Assembly: GCF_006345805.1 (NCBI RefSeq) | Contig: NC_042997.1 | Location: forward strand, 139,376,001 to 139,440,000 | Direction: 5' to 3' | DNA: 64,000 bases | Source: Octopus sinensis | Taxonomy: Eukaryota | In this document: in pieces, positions 13,916 through 27,169 of the stretch | Position numbering within the stretch: the first letter of the stretch is position 1 | How the letters are laid out: every line of letters begins with the position of its first letter | Made by a program: the position numbers and the translations under genes | Notes under the pieces: generated by a model | Databases searched by the model: none | Told to the model about the DNA's origin: nothing | The model's input: only the letters and a program-made list of their open reading frames with translations

Positions 13916-15970
13916 TCATTTATATATATATATATATATATATTATATGTGTGTAAACATATATGTGTGCGTGTAAATAGCGTAAAGGAATAGGGATTTT
14001 GAGTTCAGGTAAGTACCTTACAAATATTCTGATGTAATATAGGCTCTGGTTAGCCACATCGAATGATCTGGAAAGCGGTCTCTTTTGTCGGGGATGTAGT
14101 CACACCAACACCAGTTATCAAGCGGTGATGGGGGACAAATACAGACACAAAGGCATACATACATACATACATACATACATACATACATACATACATACAT
14201 ACATACATACATACATACATGCAAACATACATACATACATACATACACACACACACATACATACATACATACATACATACATACATACATACATACATAC
14301 ATACATACATACATACATACATACATACATAAACATACATACATACATCCATACATACATCCATACATACATACATACATACATACATACATACATACAT
14401 ACATACATACATACATACATACATACATACATACATACATACATGTGTGTGTGTTTGTGTATACAATTGTCTTCTTTCAGTTTCCGTCTACCAAATCCAT
14501 TCATAAGGCTTTGGTGGGACCAAGACTATAGCAGAAGACACTTGCCTAAAGTGCCACCCAGAGGGACTGAACCCGGAACCATGTGGTTGAGAAGCAAGTT
14601 TCTTACTACAGAGTCATGCTTATTTCTTATCGATAGACTTTTATGTGTCCGTATATATACACATATATATAATCTCATTATTTTACCAATGTGTCATTTC
14701 TTAATATTGAGTAATAGGAAATTCTGAGGGAAATGTTTAGCAAGTAAGATGATTGCACACAGCCCTTCCTTTGAAGAAAAGCCATTCATCGATGGTCGCC
14801 ATGACACACCACAGTGGTGGTAATACTGGTTTCAAATTTTGGTACAAGGTCAGAAATTTGGGGGAAGGGGCTAAGTCGATAACATCGACCCCACTGTTGT
14901 ACTGGTACTTATTTTATCGACCTCGAAACGATGAAAGGCAGAGTTGACCTCGCGTGGAATTTGAACATTGCTATTAATATCGACAGCATAAGAGTCGCCG
15001 TTGTGGTTGAAATGACTCAGACTGATAGTTCTGATGACACTGTTCAGCTCAGTATCGCTTGTATTGAAACAGTTACGTTGTGGTTATAGTAATGATATAA
15101 CTCAGTGTTAGTTGCAATATTGTAAAAGTATTTATCACAAAACAGCTCAGCGGTGGTTTTAATGAAACAAATTAATTTTATTTTTTTAAATGACAGATTT
15201 ATATGCTGAATATTTAATTTTTATATATTATTTAGGATTTTTTTTTAATTTTATTCGAAAAGGAAAATCGTTTATCAAGTCCAATTGATTAGGCAGTGCT
15301 GGATGTAAAGCGAAGTCACTTTTCTTTTTCTTTAATTGTATGGGTATGAGAAGGAAACTAGTTTTCAGAAACTCCAGATACGGAAATGTGGTCAACAGAA
15401 TGAACAGATGAGTTGACATGTTGGGCTATGGGTATACGTTAAGTGTGGTGGGAAATTCTATGAAGCGGTCGCTGAAAACATTTACCTAAACTGCATCCCG
15501 TTTTATTTACGCAGAATTCATTGCAAACGTTGATTATGATAAATGCAGTGGCTGCAGTTGATACGGTAAAGGGGAAGATAGCTCAACGCTTGATTAACTT
15601 ACTACAGAAGTTGTGGTTGTGTTTGTTTAAGGAAAGAAGATAAATGTGACATTTGGAATGGGAAACCTTGCAGGCATCAGGCAGTGTATGGTTGAGAGCA
15701 GTGAACTTCGAATATGAATGTCGCAAGGATTTCTACGCTTTTTTGAAGAAGGGAAGAAATGATATGAGAAAATTGAGGCGGTTAGGGACTCAGAGAGAAG
15801 AAATCGAAGGTTATGCTGAAAGAGCTTTAATGAAAGGGTTGAGTTTTAAATGGTTTTAAAAAAGTTGAATTATTCGAGTATAATTATGTGAATGTATGCA
15901 TACGTATGTATACATGTGTATACATATGTGTGTGTAGATATAGATAGACAGATATACACATGTATATATA

Positions 15971-16024
<54 letters not shown>

Positions 16025-16736
16025 TATATGTACATATATATATATGGATACACACACACACACATATATATATATATAAGTATATATATATATATATATA
16101 AAAACATATATATATGTGAGGAGACTTGTCTATGTCTGTCTGTGCCTGTGTCTCTGCTCTGTCTGTGTCTACGTGTGTGTGTATGTATGTGTATACGCGC
16201 GCGCGCGTGAGAGAGAGAGAGGCATAGAGTGTGGAGATAGGGGAAGGGGGAGAGGGAGAGAGAGAGTTTAAAGGGATATATTATCCGGGCGGATACTGTG
16301 GTAGCTCTCGGTTAAGTTCCAGGTTATGGCTAACCGCATCGATTAGTATTTAACGTCTACGACTACTAGGAGTTGTCACTCACTCTGAGAATTCCTCCGA
16401 TGGGTAAGTCCGTGTTCGCTTCACGAGATGGTAATATTACTTGGAGTGAATATTAGCAATAATTATAACGATAGAGAATATGCTTGCTCGAAGCGAACCA
16501 AGCTGGATGGATGACCCTGAACGAAGCTGATCAGAAAATAATGCTCGGTTACATAAACAACTGCTCATACTCTGTGCAATGGAAACACGTGCAGGTCGTC
16601 GTAACCATAAAAATATGATGTATGACATTATAAAATAAAAGGAAATAAAATTTGAGCATGTAACAGTTTCCATATACTATATCGCTATATTATTGCTAAT
16701 ATATAGATAGATATGTATGAAGTATGCATGTATATG

Positions 16737-16808
<72 letters not shown>

Positions 16809-17192
16809 CACAAATTTTGATTGTATGTGCTACAGGCACATATATTGTTAAAAATAGGATTTAAAACATTTATAGCTGCGTCATAGTAATGGAGGCAGAC
16901 TTGACAATCCCATTAGGGTGAAACTATGCAGTCTAGTGTTCTAGCTTTGCTTCGCTCGTGAGGCAGTTACCTACCCTGTCAGTATATATAAATGTGCTTT
17001 TACGCAGCTATGAGTGGTTTAACTCTTATTTCTAGCAATATATGTGCATCTAGCACATACAGTCACAATTAATGACGGCTAAATTTTGCCTATACGGTTT
17101 ATATTGCGCCCATCTACTCACATTAATTTTATATATTTTATATATATATATATGCATACATATGCGTATTTACAAAAATATATATAGATATA

Positions 17193-17234
<42 letters not shown>

Positions 17235-17252
17235 ATATATATACATACGTGG

Positions 17253-17397
<145 letters not shown>

Positions 17398-17836
17398 GTG
17401 TATATATATATATATATATATTATATATAATACATTTTGGTGGGAGGGAGTGGAATAGTGGATTTTGAAGCACACATAAATATATAGGTATCAGCGTGTG
17501 AATATTGGGTTGGAATAACCTGTTTGACAGTGAAAGTCGGAAATGTGGGATCATCTCCCACAGGAACTTTCGACTTTTTCTCTCCAAAAGGGATTTTCAA
17601 ACCAATATTTACATGCTATTATTTATAGTTTCATGCGGGATTATAGATCCACAATTCACACACACACACACATACACACGCACGCGTATGTATGTATGTA
17701 TGTATGTATGTATGTATGTATGTATGTATGTATATTCGTATCTGCTTCCGAATGTATTAATGGTTGACAGGATATTATCAAGGCATAACTTTAGTTGAAG
17801 AAGCGCTTGAAACGCTGACGTTGACGTAGCTAACAT

Positions 17837-17936
17837 TTAAATGAAAACACGTATAACGGTAAGAATCAACACAAGTAGAAGAGCAGTTTGTTTCAGCGGT
17901 GGAGCGGCGGCTACACGGCAGCGGATTGAATCAAAT
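17837..17936 (-). CDS. Terminal coding exon G: last EGF Cys + GPI-anchor-like signal, stop TAA
   Basis: ttttcattacag|A TTT GAT ... ATT TAA. Encodes (R)FDSIRCRVAAAPPLKQTALLLVLILTVIRVFI*. It supplies the sixth EGF Cys and the phase fits exon F. Confidence 0.85.
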
Positions 17937-17984
17937 CTGTAATGAAAAAAAAAATGGCAGAAATTAAAACAAAGATACATTGTT

Positions 17985-18162
<178 letters not shown>

Positions 18163-18220
18163 TATTATTTATCACATCATCATCATCATCATCATCATTA
18201 TTATTATTATCATTATTATT

Positions 18221-18775
18221 GAGTGAGAGAGCAGTTCATGCCATCAAAGTGACACTGGGGTAAAATATACGAAGCCCAATATACCCATCATGACTACCCG
18301 TCTGATAAGGGGACACCAGGCACATGCATCACAACCATATGTGCGCGACATGGTGATCTCATATCAAGATAAACAGCACATGACCTTGCAGGTGGGGCCC
18401 AGTTAGAATTTTCTTCAGGTTGAGTAGCCCATCCCGCTCAAACGGTCCCTGAATAAGGGTTGTTTAAGGATGTTGAAAAAACCACCCATGTTTCCAGAGG
18501 TGAATTATTCAAACCCCAAAGAATCCCTCTCAACACATGGCTATGATGTCCCCCCACTACTTCTGCTCGTGATCAGAGATGCACATATCGTCAGCCACTA
18601 AGGGACATGCTCAACTGGTTAAGGTCAAACAACTGACAAGCAAATCTGTGGTATTGAGCAGAATATTTGCTGTAGCCCATCTTTTATACCAAGTCAAAAC
18701 AATGTACATGATAACACTTCCAATCAGTTAAGATCAGAAGCCATGAGAGCCACTGCCTGGTACTGCATCAGGGCA
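18221..18775 (-). mobile_element. Dispersed ~550 bp repeat ending CTCTCTCACTC(AAT)n, probably a non-LTR retrotransposon 3' end (possibly R4/Dong-like); copy 1
   Basis: Highly similar copies at 33953-34335, 54114-54540 and 58211-58535; embedded in ATT/ATC microsatellites. Confidence 0.65.
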
Positions 18776-18813
18776 TTATTATTATTATTATTATTATTAT
18801 ATTATTATTATTA

Positions 18814-18900
<87 letters not shown>

Positions 18901-18919
18901 ATTATTATTATTATTATCA

Positions 18920-19400
18920 CAGAAGGTTGCTAAAAATGCCAAATTTGTTATCTTCTGTTCGGTTTTCATGACTATCCTTATATGTGGTCATGAATGTTGG
19001 CTAATGGCCGAAAGAGGACGATTGCGAATACAAGCGGCCGAAATGGGGTTCCTTGAAGGAATCTCTGCAGTAATATTACTCGACAGGGTGTGAAGCTCAA
19101 AGATCGAGGAGTCTCTCCACGTCGAGCCGCTACTTCTTTGTATTGAGAGGTAACATCTCTCGTACTATGGACATGAAATTAGAATGCCACAAGAAAGAAT
19201 CACAAGATAAATTCTTCCATACGAGCTAACCAGCAAGAGAACTAGAGGTAGACCAAAAATGAGATGGTTGGATGATATCTCTAACCTCATTTGGGAATCC
19301 AACAGGAAAGTTTAAAAGCAGTTGCTTTTGATAGAAACTTATGGAAGAGGTGCCTGAGGACTCTACTTCCAAGACCCTCCCAGGAATAATGAGCAGAGAA
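18920..19400 (+). mobile_element. RTE-clade LINE 3' fragment
   Basis: ILICGHECWLMAERGRLRIQAAEMGFL..LLDRV..VEPLLL..YGHEIRMPQER..RTRGRPKMRWLDDI. Confidence 0.85.
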
Positions 19401-20778
19401 GATCGATGGAGGGACAATCACTATTGACATTGTGGTTATTGACTTTTTAGTTTTCTTTCCTTTTTCTTTTCTTTTCTTTTCTTTTTCTTTTTTCTTTTTT
19501 CATTTTTTTTTTTTTGTTATTGCTTACTTCTTTGATTCTCAAACAGTTTCACCGTGGGTTTTTAGAGATACAATCTAAGCCTTTAAAAAGGTAATCTAAA
19601 GCTGGAACTCATTGAAAACGTGTTAAAGCCTACCATTTAAGGGTGCAGGTTTGGCTTCAGAAATACACTAAGGATACATGTAGCTGTTGAAGTCTCAGCT
19701 GCTTATGCATTCATTTAACGAGTAAGTCTGGGTCATATGTGGAGGACGGGGACATTCCATCTTCTACCAAGACAGATGCTAATCATTTTGCTTTTATCGA
19801 ACTCTAACTCATCGATTTTGCTTGTATTAACTCCTGTTGGTTATGCACAAAAGGGCTATATTTAAGTGAAGGGTGAATTAAAACCGTATCCGGTAGTAGG
19901 GCCTTGGTTCGGGAGTTGTAGGATTTTGAAGATTGTGGTTCCAACTCTTATCCACTTATGTTCTTAGATCTACTCTGACCTACATTAGTATCACCTGTCA
20001 GGGTTCCAGATACGCATTAATTAGCATGTACAAGTCAGCTGTGAAGGGAATAAACAGCCCCGTGCCAAACCATGGGTGGCTCTTTGGCAAAGCCTACCAC
20101 CTGGTAACCGCCCGAGCCAGGGTTACATTGAAATCATGGGAGATAGCATGATAGATGTGAACTATTTAGGCGGATGAACTTATTGAGTAAAGGCGAATAT
20201 CACCAGATGTTGAGCGGATGAATAGACTACAAACTTTCAACACTCAGGATCAATCAGTTCAGTTAGCAAATCACGGCTAATATCTGTAGCTGGTGCATTT
20301 GCACATGAAACATTCCCAATTGAACGGCAAATGTGACTTACTGGTCCAGGCAAGTCGCCTAAACAGATGACGATGATGATCTCTTTGTCAACAACGGGTA
20401 TGCGGGGATATAGTTTCAGGTGTAAATCGAAACTTCGTTTCCCTTTCTCCAAGGCACCTACCATATAATAATAAAATATAAATGTTCCTTCTCGTGCCAT
20501 GCTAGGCTTATTAAGGGCCGGTTTCCAGGTTTCAGTGGCGTAGAAATTCCTCACCTAGACGGGACGCCGGTCCGTCGCAGCATTACTCATTTCTGCCAGC
20601 TGAGTAGACTGGAGCAACGTGAAATGAAGTGTTTTTCTCAAGAACACAATGCAGGATCGAAACTTCAACCTTACGATCATGCGTTCAACACCCTAACCAC
20701 TAAGCCACGCGCTACCACAAAAGCACCCACCATACTCTTTTTTATTTATTTTCCAAACTATGTTCTGTTAAATGTTAC

Positions 20779-20933
20779 CTGTTTACTAGGCCTCTTTCTT
20801 TTCTTATGTACTCGAGTTCTAGAAGAGAACCTTCGATCCAGAACTTGCCATCGTTAATTGGATATTCAGTTCCTTGTTTGCAGTTGCAACGGTAAGAGCC
20901 AATGGTGAATGATAAATGTGCAAGCGGAGCACA
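20779..20933 (-). CDS. Coding exon F: EGF-like domain 2 (absent from the ORF track in this frame)
   Basis: ctcttgtag|TGT ... AAC AG|gtaaca. Encodes CAPLAHLSFTIGSYRCNCKQGTEYPINDGKFWIEGSLLELEYIRKERGLVN. Phase 0 to 2. Confidence 0.9.
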
Positions 20934-21379
20934 CTACAAGAGAAAAATAAATTAAACAATCGGGTTAGCATCTTTCTAGACAGCAAAATGTGTTGATAAA
21001 TGTAAAGATTATAATGTAATATAGTATTCATTGTATTATTTAGTATAAGTAGCAAGAAATTTAGGGAAATTAAAATTATAAAATATTGCTTGTAGGCCAT
21101 ATTTCTCAATAATACACATACTAGGAAATGTACAATTCGTAAGTCAACCGTCTTTTACTCATTTCAGTCATGAGACCGTTGCCATGCCGAGCCACTTCCT
21201 TGAAGTGCTTTAGTTGAACAAATAGCACCCAGTGCGTAAATATTATTTTATGTCTGGTAACTATTATATCCGTCACCTTTGTTGAACCGCTAAGTTATAG
21301 GAACTTGAACGAACCAACCCAAGTTTTCAGGCACAAACACAAACACAACACATATACACATATATAGATAAATATATAT

Positions 21380-21421
<42 letters not shown>

Positions 21422-22058
21422 ACACGTATATACCTATACATACATGTATGTGTGTGAGTATGTGTGGTGCGTGCGTGCGAGTGTGCGTGCGCGTGTATGT
21501 GTGTGCATGTATGTGTGTGTATGTCTTTGTGTTTGTGTTTGTCCCAGTTCCACTGCTTGACAACCGTCGTTGGTATGTACCCGTAACTTCGCGCTTCAGC
21601 CAAAGAGACAGATAGAATAAGTACCAGGCTTTAAAAAAAAATAGAAAATAAATACTGCACCTAGAAGCACAAGTCCGAGTCAGGTTGTTAAGGTTGTTTA
21701 TGGAAGTCGCCTATGCATACCAACCTCTCTTCTCCATTACCAAGGGGAAAACAATGGCCAATACAACTTGGCACCAGTGACGCTACAACTTATTTCTACA
21801 GCTGAGCGGCATGAAATAAAGTGTCTTACTCAAGAACACAACGCACAGCCCGTTCTAGTAAACTACCTCATGGTGGTGAGCACGACACTAGCCACTGATC
21901 CATGCGCCTTCACACGTGTGTGTGTGTGTGTGTGTGTGTGTAGTTATAGTATATTCTGTTAAGACCATAGTAAAGTACAGTGTAAAGTTCGTCCACCTTC
22001 AGGTTTCACTCTGTGCTACCCAGGTTTGCGTTTGGGTATCTGTCGTGTGTGAATAGAA

Positions 22059-22595
22059 AATTGAAAAAAAAATTGGAGTCAACAAGGAGTACGATTGGAC
22101 ATTTATTTCCTATCTCCACGATTGTTTCCACGCAACGTAGTTCTCCAAGCGTGCAGGTAGTTCACTATGCAACCGTTTTCCTGCATTATGTGATCTAGTT
22201 GTGTTTCCTCAGGCGATATGTAAATATTGTCTCCGTAAGTTCAAATTCTCGGCTTCAAGAATATCCTCTCAGTCTGTCGTGGCCTGAATTTAGTAGTAGT
22301 CACGGAGTTTATCAATGTGTGTTGCTGCTGAAGGACTGTTGGCAAACTGCTTTGATAAACTCACCATAATAAACTCAGTGACTACTACTAAATTCAGGCC
22401 ACGACAAACAGCGATGATGTTCTTGAAACCGAGAATTTTAACATACGGAGACAATATTTACATATCACCTGAGAAAACACAACTAGATCTCATAATGCAG
22501 GGAAATGGTTGGAGAACTACGTTGCGTGAAAGTAATTATAGTGATAGAAATAAAATGTCCAACCGTACTCCTTCTTGTTGACTCCAATTCTTTTC

Positions 22596-22599
<4 letters not shown>
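22059..22599. repeat. Imperfect palindrome (~235-255 bp arms, ~55 bp spacer) in intron E-F
   Basis: CACGCAACGTAGTTCTCCAA / TTGGAGAACTACGTTGCGTG and GTCGTGGCCTGAATTTAGTAGTAGTCAC / GTGACTACTACTAAATTCAGGCCACGAC. Confidence 0.9.
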
Positions 22600-22682
<83 letters not shown>

Positions 22683-22700
22683 ATATATATATATCAATAT

Positions 22701-22905
22701 GTGACCGCGTGTGTATCGTAAGCGATTTTCTTTCTCCGTCTTCCCTTCCTTGGACCTTTCCTTTTCCTATATTTCTGACGAAGAGCTCTGCTCGAAACGT
22801 TAAATCCTTCTTTCTTTCATTTCCTATGCGTCCAATAACACTATACTTATTCCACGTCCTCGCGTTGTTGTATTTTCTCTTTGTTCATGTTTGGATTAAT
22901 TATGT
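22701..22905 (+). mobile_element. Short (~200-230 bp) non-coding repeat carrying the minimal hammerhead; other copies at 33549-33778 (+), 50982-51180 (-) and, more diverged, 60415-60625 (+)
   Basis: Shared TTCCACGTCCTCGCGTTGTTGT..TGTTTGGATTAA and GTGACC(G/T)CGTG flanks; each copy ends at a TA/CA microsatellite. Confidence 0.65.
22771..22805 (+). ncRNA. Minimal hammerhead-like motif (core intact, one extra A)
   Basis: attt-CTGACGA-A-GAGC tct GCTC-GAAA-CGTT|aaat. Confidence 0.5.
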
Positions 22906-22907
22906 AT

Positions 22908-22995
<88 letters not shown>

Positions 22996-23603
22996 GCTGA
23001 TTGCTTTATACATTACCGACGATCGTTTCTACTGTGTCAGCATACAGAAATAAGGTATAAAATAACAATCAAATTGATACATCCGAAAATATATGCTGAC
23101 ACGTTATCAAGGCAATCTAAAAAGGGATAAATTCAAAGTGAACTAAGAAAATATCTCCAATAGATGAACACGCACACACACCTTTATGTATACATATATA
23201 TGCAACCATACATAGATACACATATACGTATCCGCACACCGAGGTCTCATTCATTCTTTTGTTGTCATACTATTACTATTAATATATATATATATATATA
23301 CACGTGTTGTAATGTCTAAAGTAATTTCGCATGCAGTCAGGGTGATTTTCTTTTTCTTTTTTCTTTTTTGTTCTTCAGCCATCGTTGGGGTGGGGGAGTA
23401 GGTCATATATGTCATCAAATACGGTAACATTTGGCTATTTTCCATCACATGCCGGTAGTTATTTGATTCTTTCAAAAGATTATCTTCTTTTAGGGCATGG
23501 TGAGCTAGTCACCCTACTGCATGCCTATTTGTATAAGCAACGAGTTCTATTGTTTTTATCTATTTTGTACATCTTATATCGAGGAGAAGAGAAAATACTT
23601 TAC

Positions 23604-23718
23604 CGAGGTTGTTTCGGGACATCTTGCTGTGTTTTTGAAGGCATTGGCCACATAAAACGGCTGTGGACACTGGTTGATACGTAATAGCTTCAAAGGAATA
23701 TCGACTGTGACAACACCA
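23604..23718 (-). CDS. Coding exon E: end of Cache module 2 / start of EGF-like domain 2
   Basis: ctattgtag|T GGT ... TCG|gtaaag. Encodes (N)GVVTVDIPLKLLRINQCPQPFYVANAFKNTARCPETTS. Phase 2 to 0. Confidence 0.92.
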
Positions 23719-24089
23719 CTACAATAGAATAAAAAAACGTAACAGAAAATAATATGTCCGAAAACAATTGATAACTCAGTGTCAGTATGGATCACTAACA
23801 ATGTAACTAGAAATAAATATATATTTAAGAAGAAAAATGTCTATTTTAATCAATGACTAATCAATATTATTTTCAGTTTTTTGGGAAAGTATGAGAAACA
23901 ACTCCAGACATCCGTCGGTCATATTCTGACCTCATCGTCGTACTTGAGCAGTTCAGTGGACGAGAGAGTGAAAGAAAAAGAAGAGAACAAAGCATTCAAA
24001 TATACAAATGTAGAGAAAACAGTTTTAAAAAGGTTTAAAAGCATTTTCAATAATTTCGGTCGGATTGTCAAGATTAGAGATTATATTCT

Positions 24090-24480
24090 TTTTTACTCTA
24101 GGCACAAGGCCCGAGATTTTGGGGGAGGGGGCCAGTCGATTAGATCGACCCCAGTAATCAACTGGTACTTAATTTATAGACTCATAAATGATGAAATGCA
24201 AAGTCGACCTCGGCGGATTTCAACTCAGAACGTAAAAACAGACGAAATACCTATTTCCTTACTACCCACAAGGGGCTAAACACAGAGGGGACAAACAAGG
24301 ACAGACAAACGGATTAAGTCGATTACATCGATCCCAGTGCGTAACTGGTACTTAATTTATCGACCCCGAAAGGATGAAAAGCAAAGTCGACCTCGGCGGA
24401 ATTTGAACTCAGAACGTAACGGCAGACGAAATAACGCTAAGCATTTCGCCCGGCGTGCTAACATTCCTGCCAGCGTGCCT
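24090..24480 (-). mobile_element. SINE family 3 (Deu/Nin-domain-like), two abutting copies; others at about 14830-14965 (-), 57680-57960 (+) and 58570-58710 (+)
   Basis: AATTCCGCCGAGGTCGACTTTGC(C/T)TTTCATCCTTTCGGGGTCGATAAATTAAGTACCAG resembles the Deu/Nin conserved domain. Confidence 0.7.
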
Positions 24481-24910
24481 AAGCTGAGTATCAACAATCG
24501 AATACAGTGTTCATGCTTCAATTTTTTATTGTCGTTTTCAATACCGGAACAACATGCGTAAACCAAGCTTGTACCAGTTCCACCGTAGAATACATTAGTT
24601 CAATCTGGATTGACCTTCAGTCTCTTCATTGCAAACATATCAAAACCAACAAAGTACACAAAATATTGCAGTTTCACATAATCCGATGCTGCTCACATAC
24701 CAACTTCATACAATGAAAGAGCAATTCTATACTCAAGAGACAGATTTTGCTGTTAGAAATAGATCCGTGCATAAAATACATGCTTTGGGGTATTAAATTA
24801 CCCTGAAAACTATTATTTCGCCGTTCTAAAATACTATAGCTTATCTAAATTAATCAAACATATGAAATTTCACAATACTGAAATTTAAAATAGCGGTGAG
24901 TGTAACTTAC

Positions 24911-25925
24911 TTGAATATAACTGTTGTTCGTAATTCATCAATTCCAAAAAACGGTACTGCGTATGTAACAACCCATTTATTTACAAAGCCATCACATCGG
25001 AAATAAGGCCGTGTCCAAAAACCGTCCTTTAACATTGGTGCTTTGTATCTCATAGGATAATATTCGAAAGGAATATTGCTCGATCCATTGAAATCAGTTC
25101 GAACATGAGCCCTCATTTTGTAGGTTTTTAGTCCAAAGGTGTTCAGTTTCCAACGTTGCTTAGATTTTACAAACCAACCTTCTTCCATATAAGGCTTTTG
25201 TAGACCAGCACTGTCAATTGCACGATAGAGTCCTCTGTGGCGGAAAGCAAATGGTCCGAACAATTCCTTTACTTTAGTTTCGCTTTCTTTGAATACATAT
25301 TTATCAAAGAAAACACCTGAAGACATTATCCTAAAATCAGCCATCACATTAGCCACAACTTCCCCAAAGATTTGCTGAGGAATAAGTCGAGTACCCCCTT
25401 TATGATAACCGAAATTTTCATTAGGATTTGCATTTTGTAGGTAATTAGACAAGAAATGGGCCAATCGCAAAGCAGTCCTTGCTTGAAATTCAAACTGTGT
25501 TGAAACTCCATAACCAACATCACCTGGAAGCAAAAGGTTTTCAGGGACTACATTTTCACAGTTGTCTGAAGTTATCGAAGAGATTTTCTTAAAAAGCTTT
25601 TGGATTCTGAAAATTGATTTTTTGTCAATTAAACTTCTACGGAAACGAGAATGAAATTTACGTCTTTCTTTCACTTTTTTGCGGCTATCAGCTGCAAATT
25701 TTAGGACTTTTTCAGAGTCTAGAGAAAAGGAACTTGTTTCGGATGTAAACGGATTGAAAGTCATGTGAGTTTCATTATAATTAATGTTATAAGAGTTAAA
25801 GAAATTATGAAAAAAATTAGTCACAGAACGTTTCTTTCTCTCCCAAGTTGTAATACTCAATGTTGCTGCAAGTTCTTCTGCATTAACTTTTTGAAGATCT
25901 CGATTTGATGGTAAAACAGACCTAA
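24911..25925 (-). CDS. Coding exon D: furin-site linker + Cache-like module 2
   Basis: ttttcag|TT AGG ... TTC AA|gtaagt; 1015 nt open. Motifs ITSDNC, FEFQARTALRLAHFLSNYLQ, SSGVFFD and FWTRPYFRCDGFVNKWVVTYAVPFFG. Phase 1 to 2. Confidence 0.93.
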
Positions 25926-27169
25926 CTGAAAATAATATAAATGGAATGAGAAGAAAAATGTGTGGAGACCATTGTTTATAAATCCGTTTTCATACATTAG
26001 CTATTTAGAGAGTACTCAAAGAATATTTCGTTCAGAACAGCTAAAAGTCTTGAGTTTCAGATAGCTACCGAAATTTGTCAAATCTGCGCATAAGGTTACC
26101 ACATTTATTGTGGAGAAACATATTCCTTTGGGTTGCTGGTTATTACTGAAGACCGTATTTTCATGCAATTTATGTAGAACAATTCTACCTGACAAACTGA
26201 CGTCCAACGAAAAACATTCAGTTACTTAGAAACAAAACTTCTATAACCAACAGTACCTATTGACAACCAAGTCTATATAGGTTTTATATTTATGAGTTGG
26301 ATACGAACTATCACCTCTTTCATATGTTATTCGATATTCTATCAACATTTTATCGAGTCGACTAGACGCATTTGAGAAAACATGGTCATTTCATGTTTAT
26401 CGAAGCCTATGACAAATAAAGGACAAACCAAATAGCGTCTAAATTTTCTTCAATACTGCTTATATATGGAGGCATCAACACATTTAAGTCTCAAAGAAAT
26501 CAGCACAGAATAACGATTGAGAATTACTGCTGTAAAATTCTGTCGAAATACGTCATTTTTAATCTATATCATACACTATTTCAAATAAGTCTTTTGGAAT
26601 CACAGTTGCTTGTTATTTTCTTTTCTACTACTTTTCACTTACTGTAATAACAGTGCCTTTATAATAGACAAACTCTGAATGTTTTTTTTCTTGTTTTTTC
26701 TTTTTTGTCTGCCTTCCTAGTTCTATTTTTTGTCAATAATCATTATCTTACTGAATATATTTTTATATATTTGCTTTTGTACCAGTTAAATAAAATATCT
26801 CTTGCTAAATAGTATGTAAAATTAAATGTTATGATTTGTCTTATGAAATTTCAAATACATGCATACCTCAACTTACGTCGGTTCGATTTACATCTTTTTC
26901 GTTTTAATTATGTTTTCCAAGAAATTAATAGAAAATATTAAGCTTCAATCGATGTATCCGATTTTACGTAGGTCTCAGCGAAAATATATAAAAGGATAAA
27001 TTTTTTTTTAAATACCTAAACACGAATACTGAAGTGGAAAATCAAATAAAATACGTGTGTAAGTGTTCGCTCTTTTATTTCGTGTTACTTTCTTTTTGAA
27101 AGTGAGTCGCGTGTCTTGAAAACAGTTACGACGTAAGTTGAGCTATACCGGTTTTAGGAAAATACTTAC

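Noticed and set aside
20237-20554. 105 aa ORF as an alternative exon leading to a 7TM
   Set aside because: The nearest acceptor in the required phase gives a stop after about 23 codons, and there are no hydrophobic helices.
26016-26207. 63 aa ORF as an extra exon in intron C-D
   Set aside because: Exons C and D already join in phase and the peptide has no family motif.
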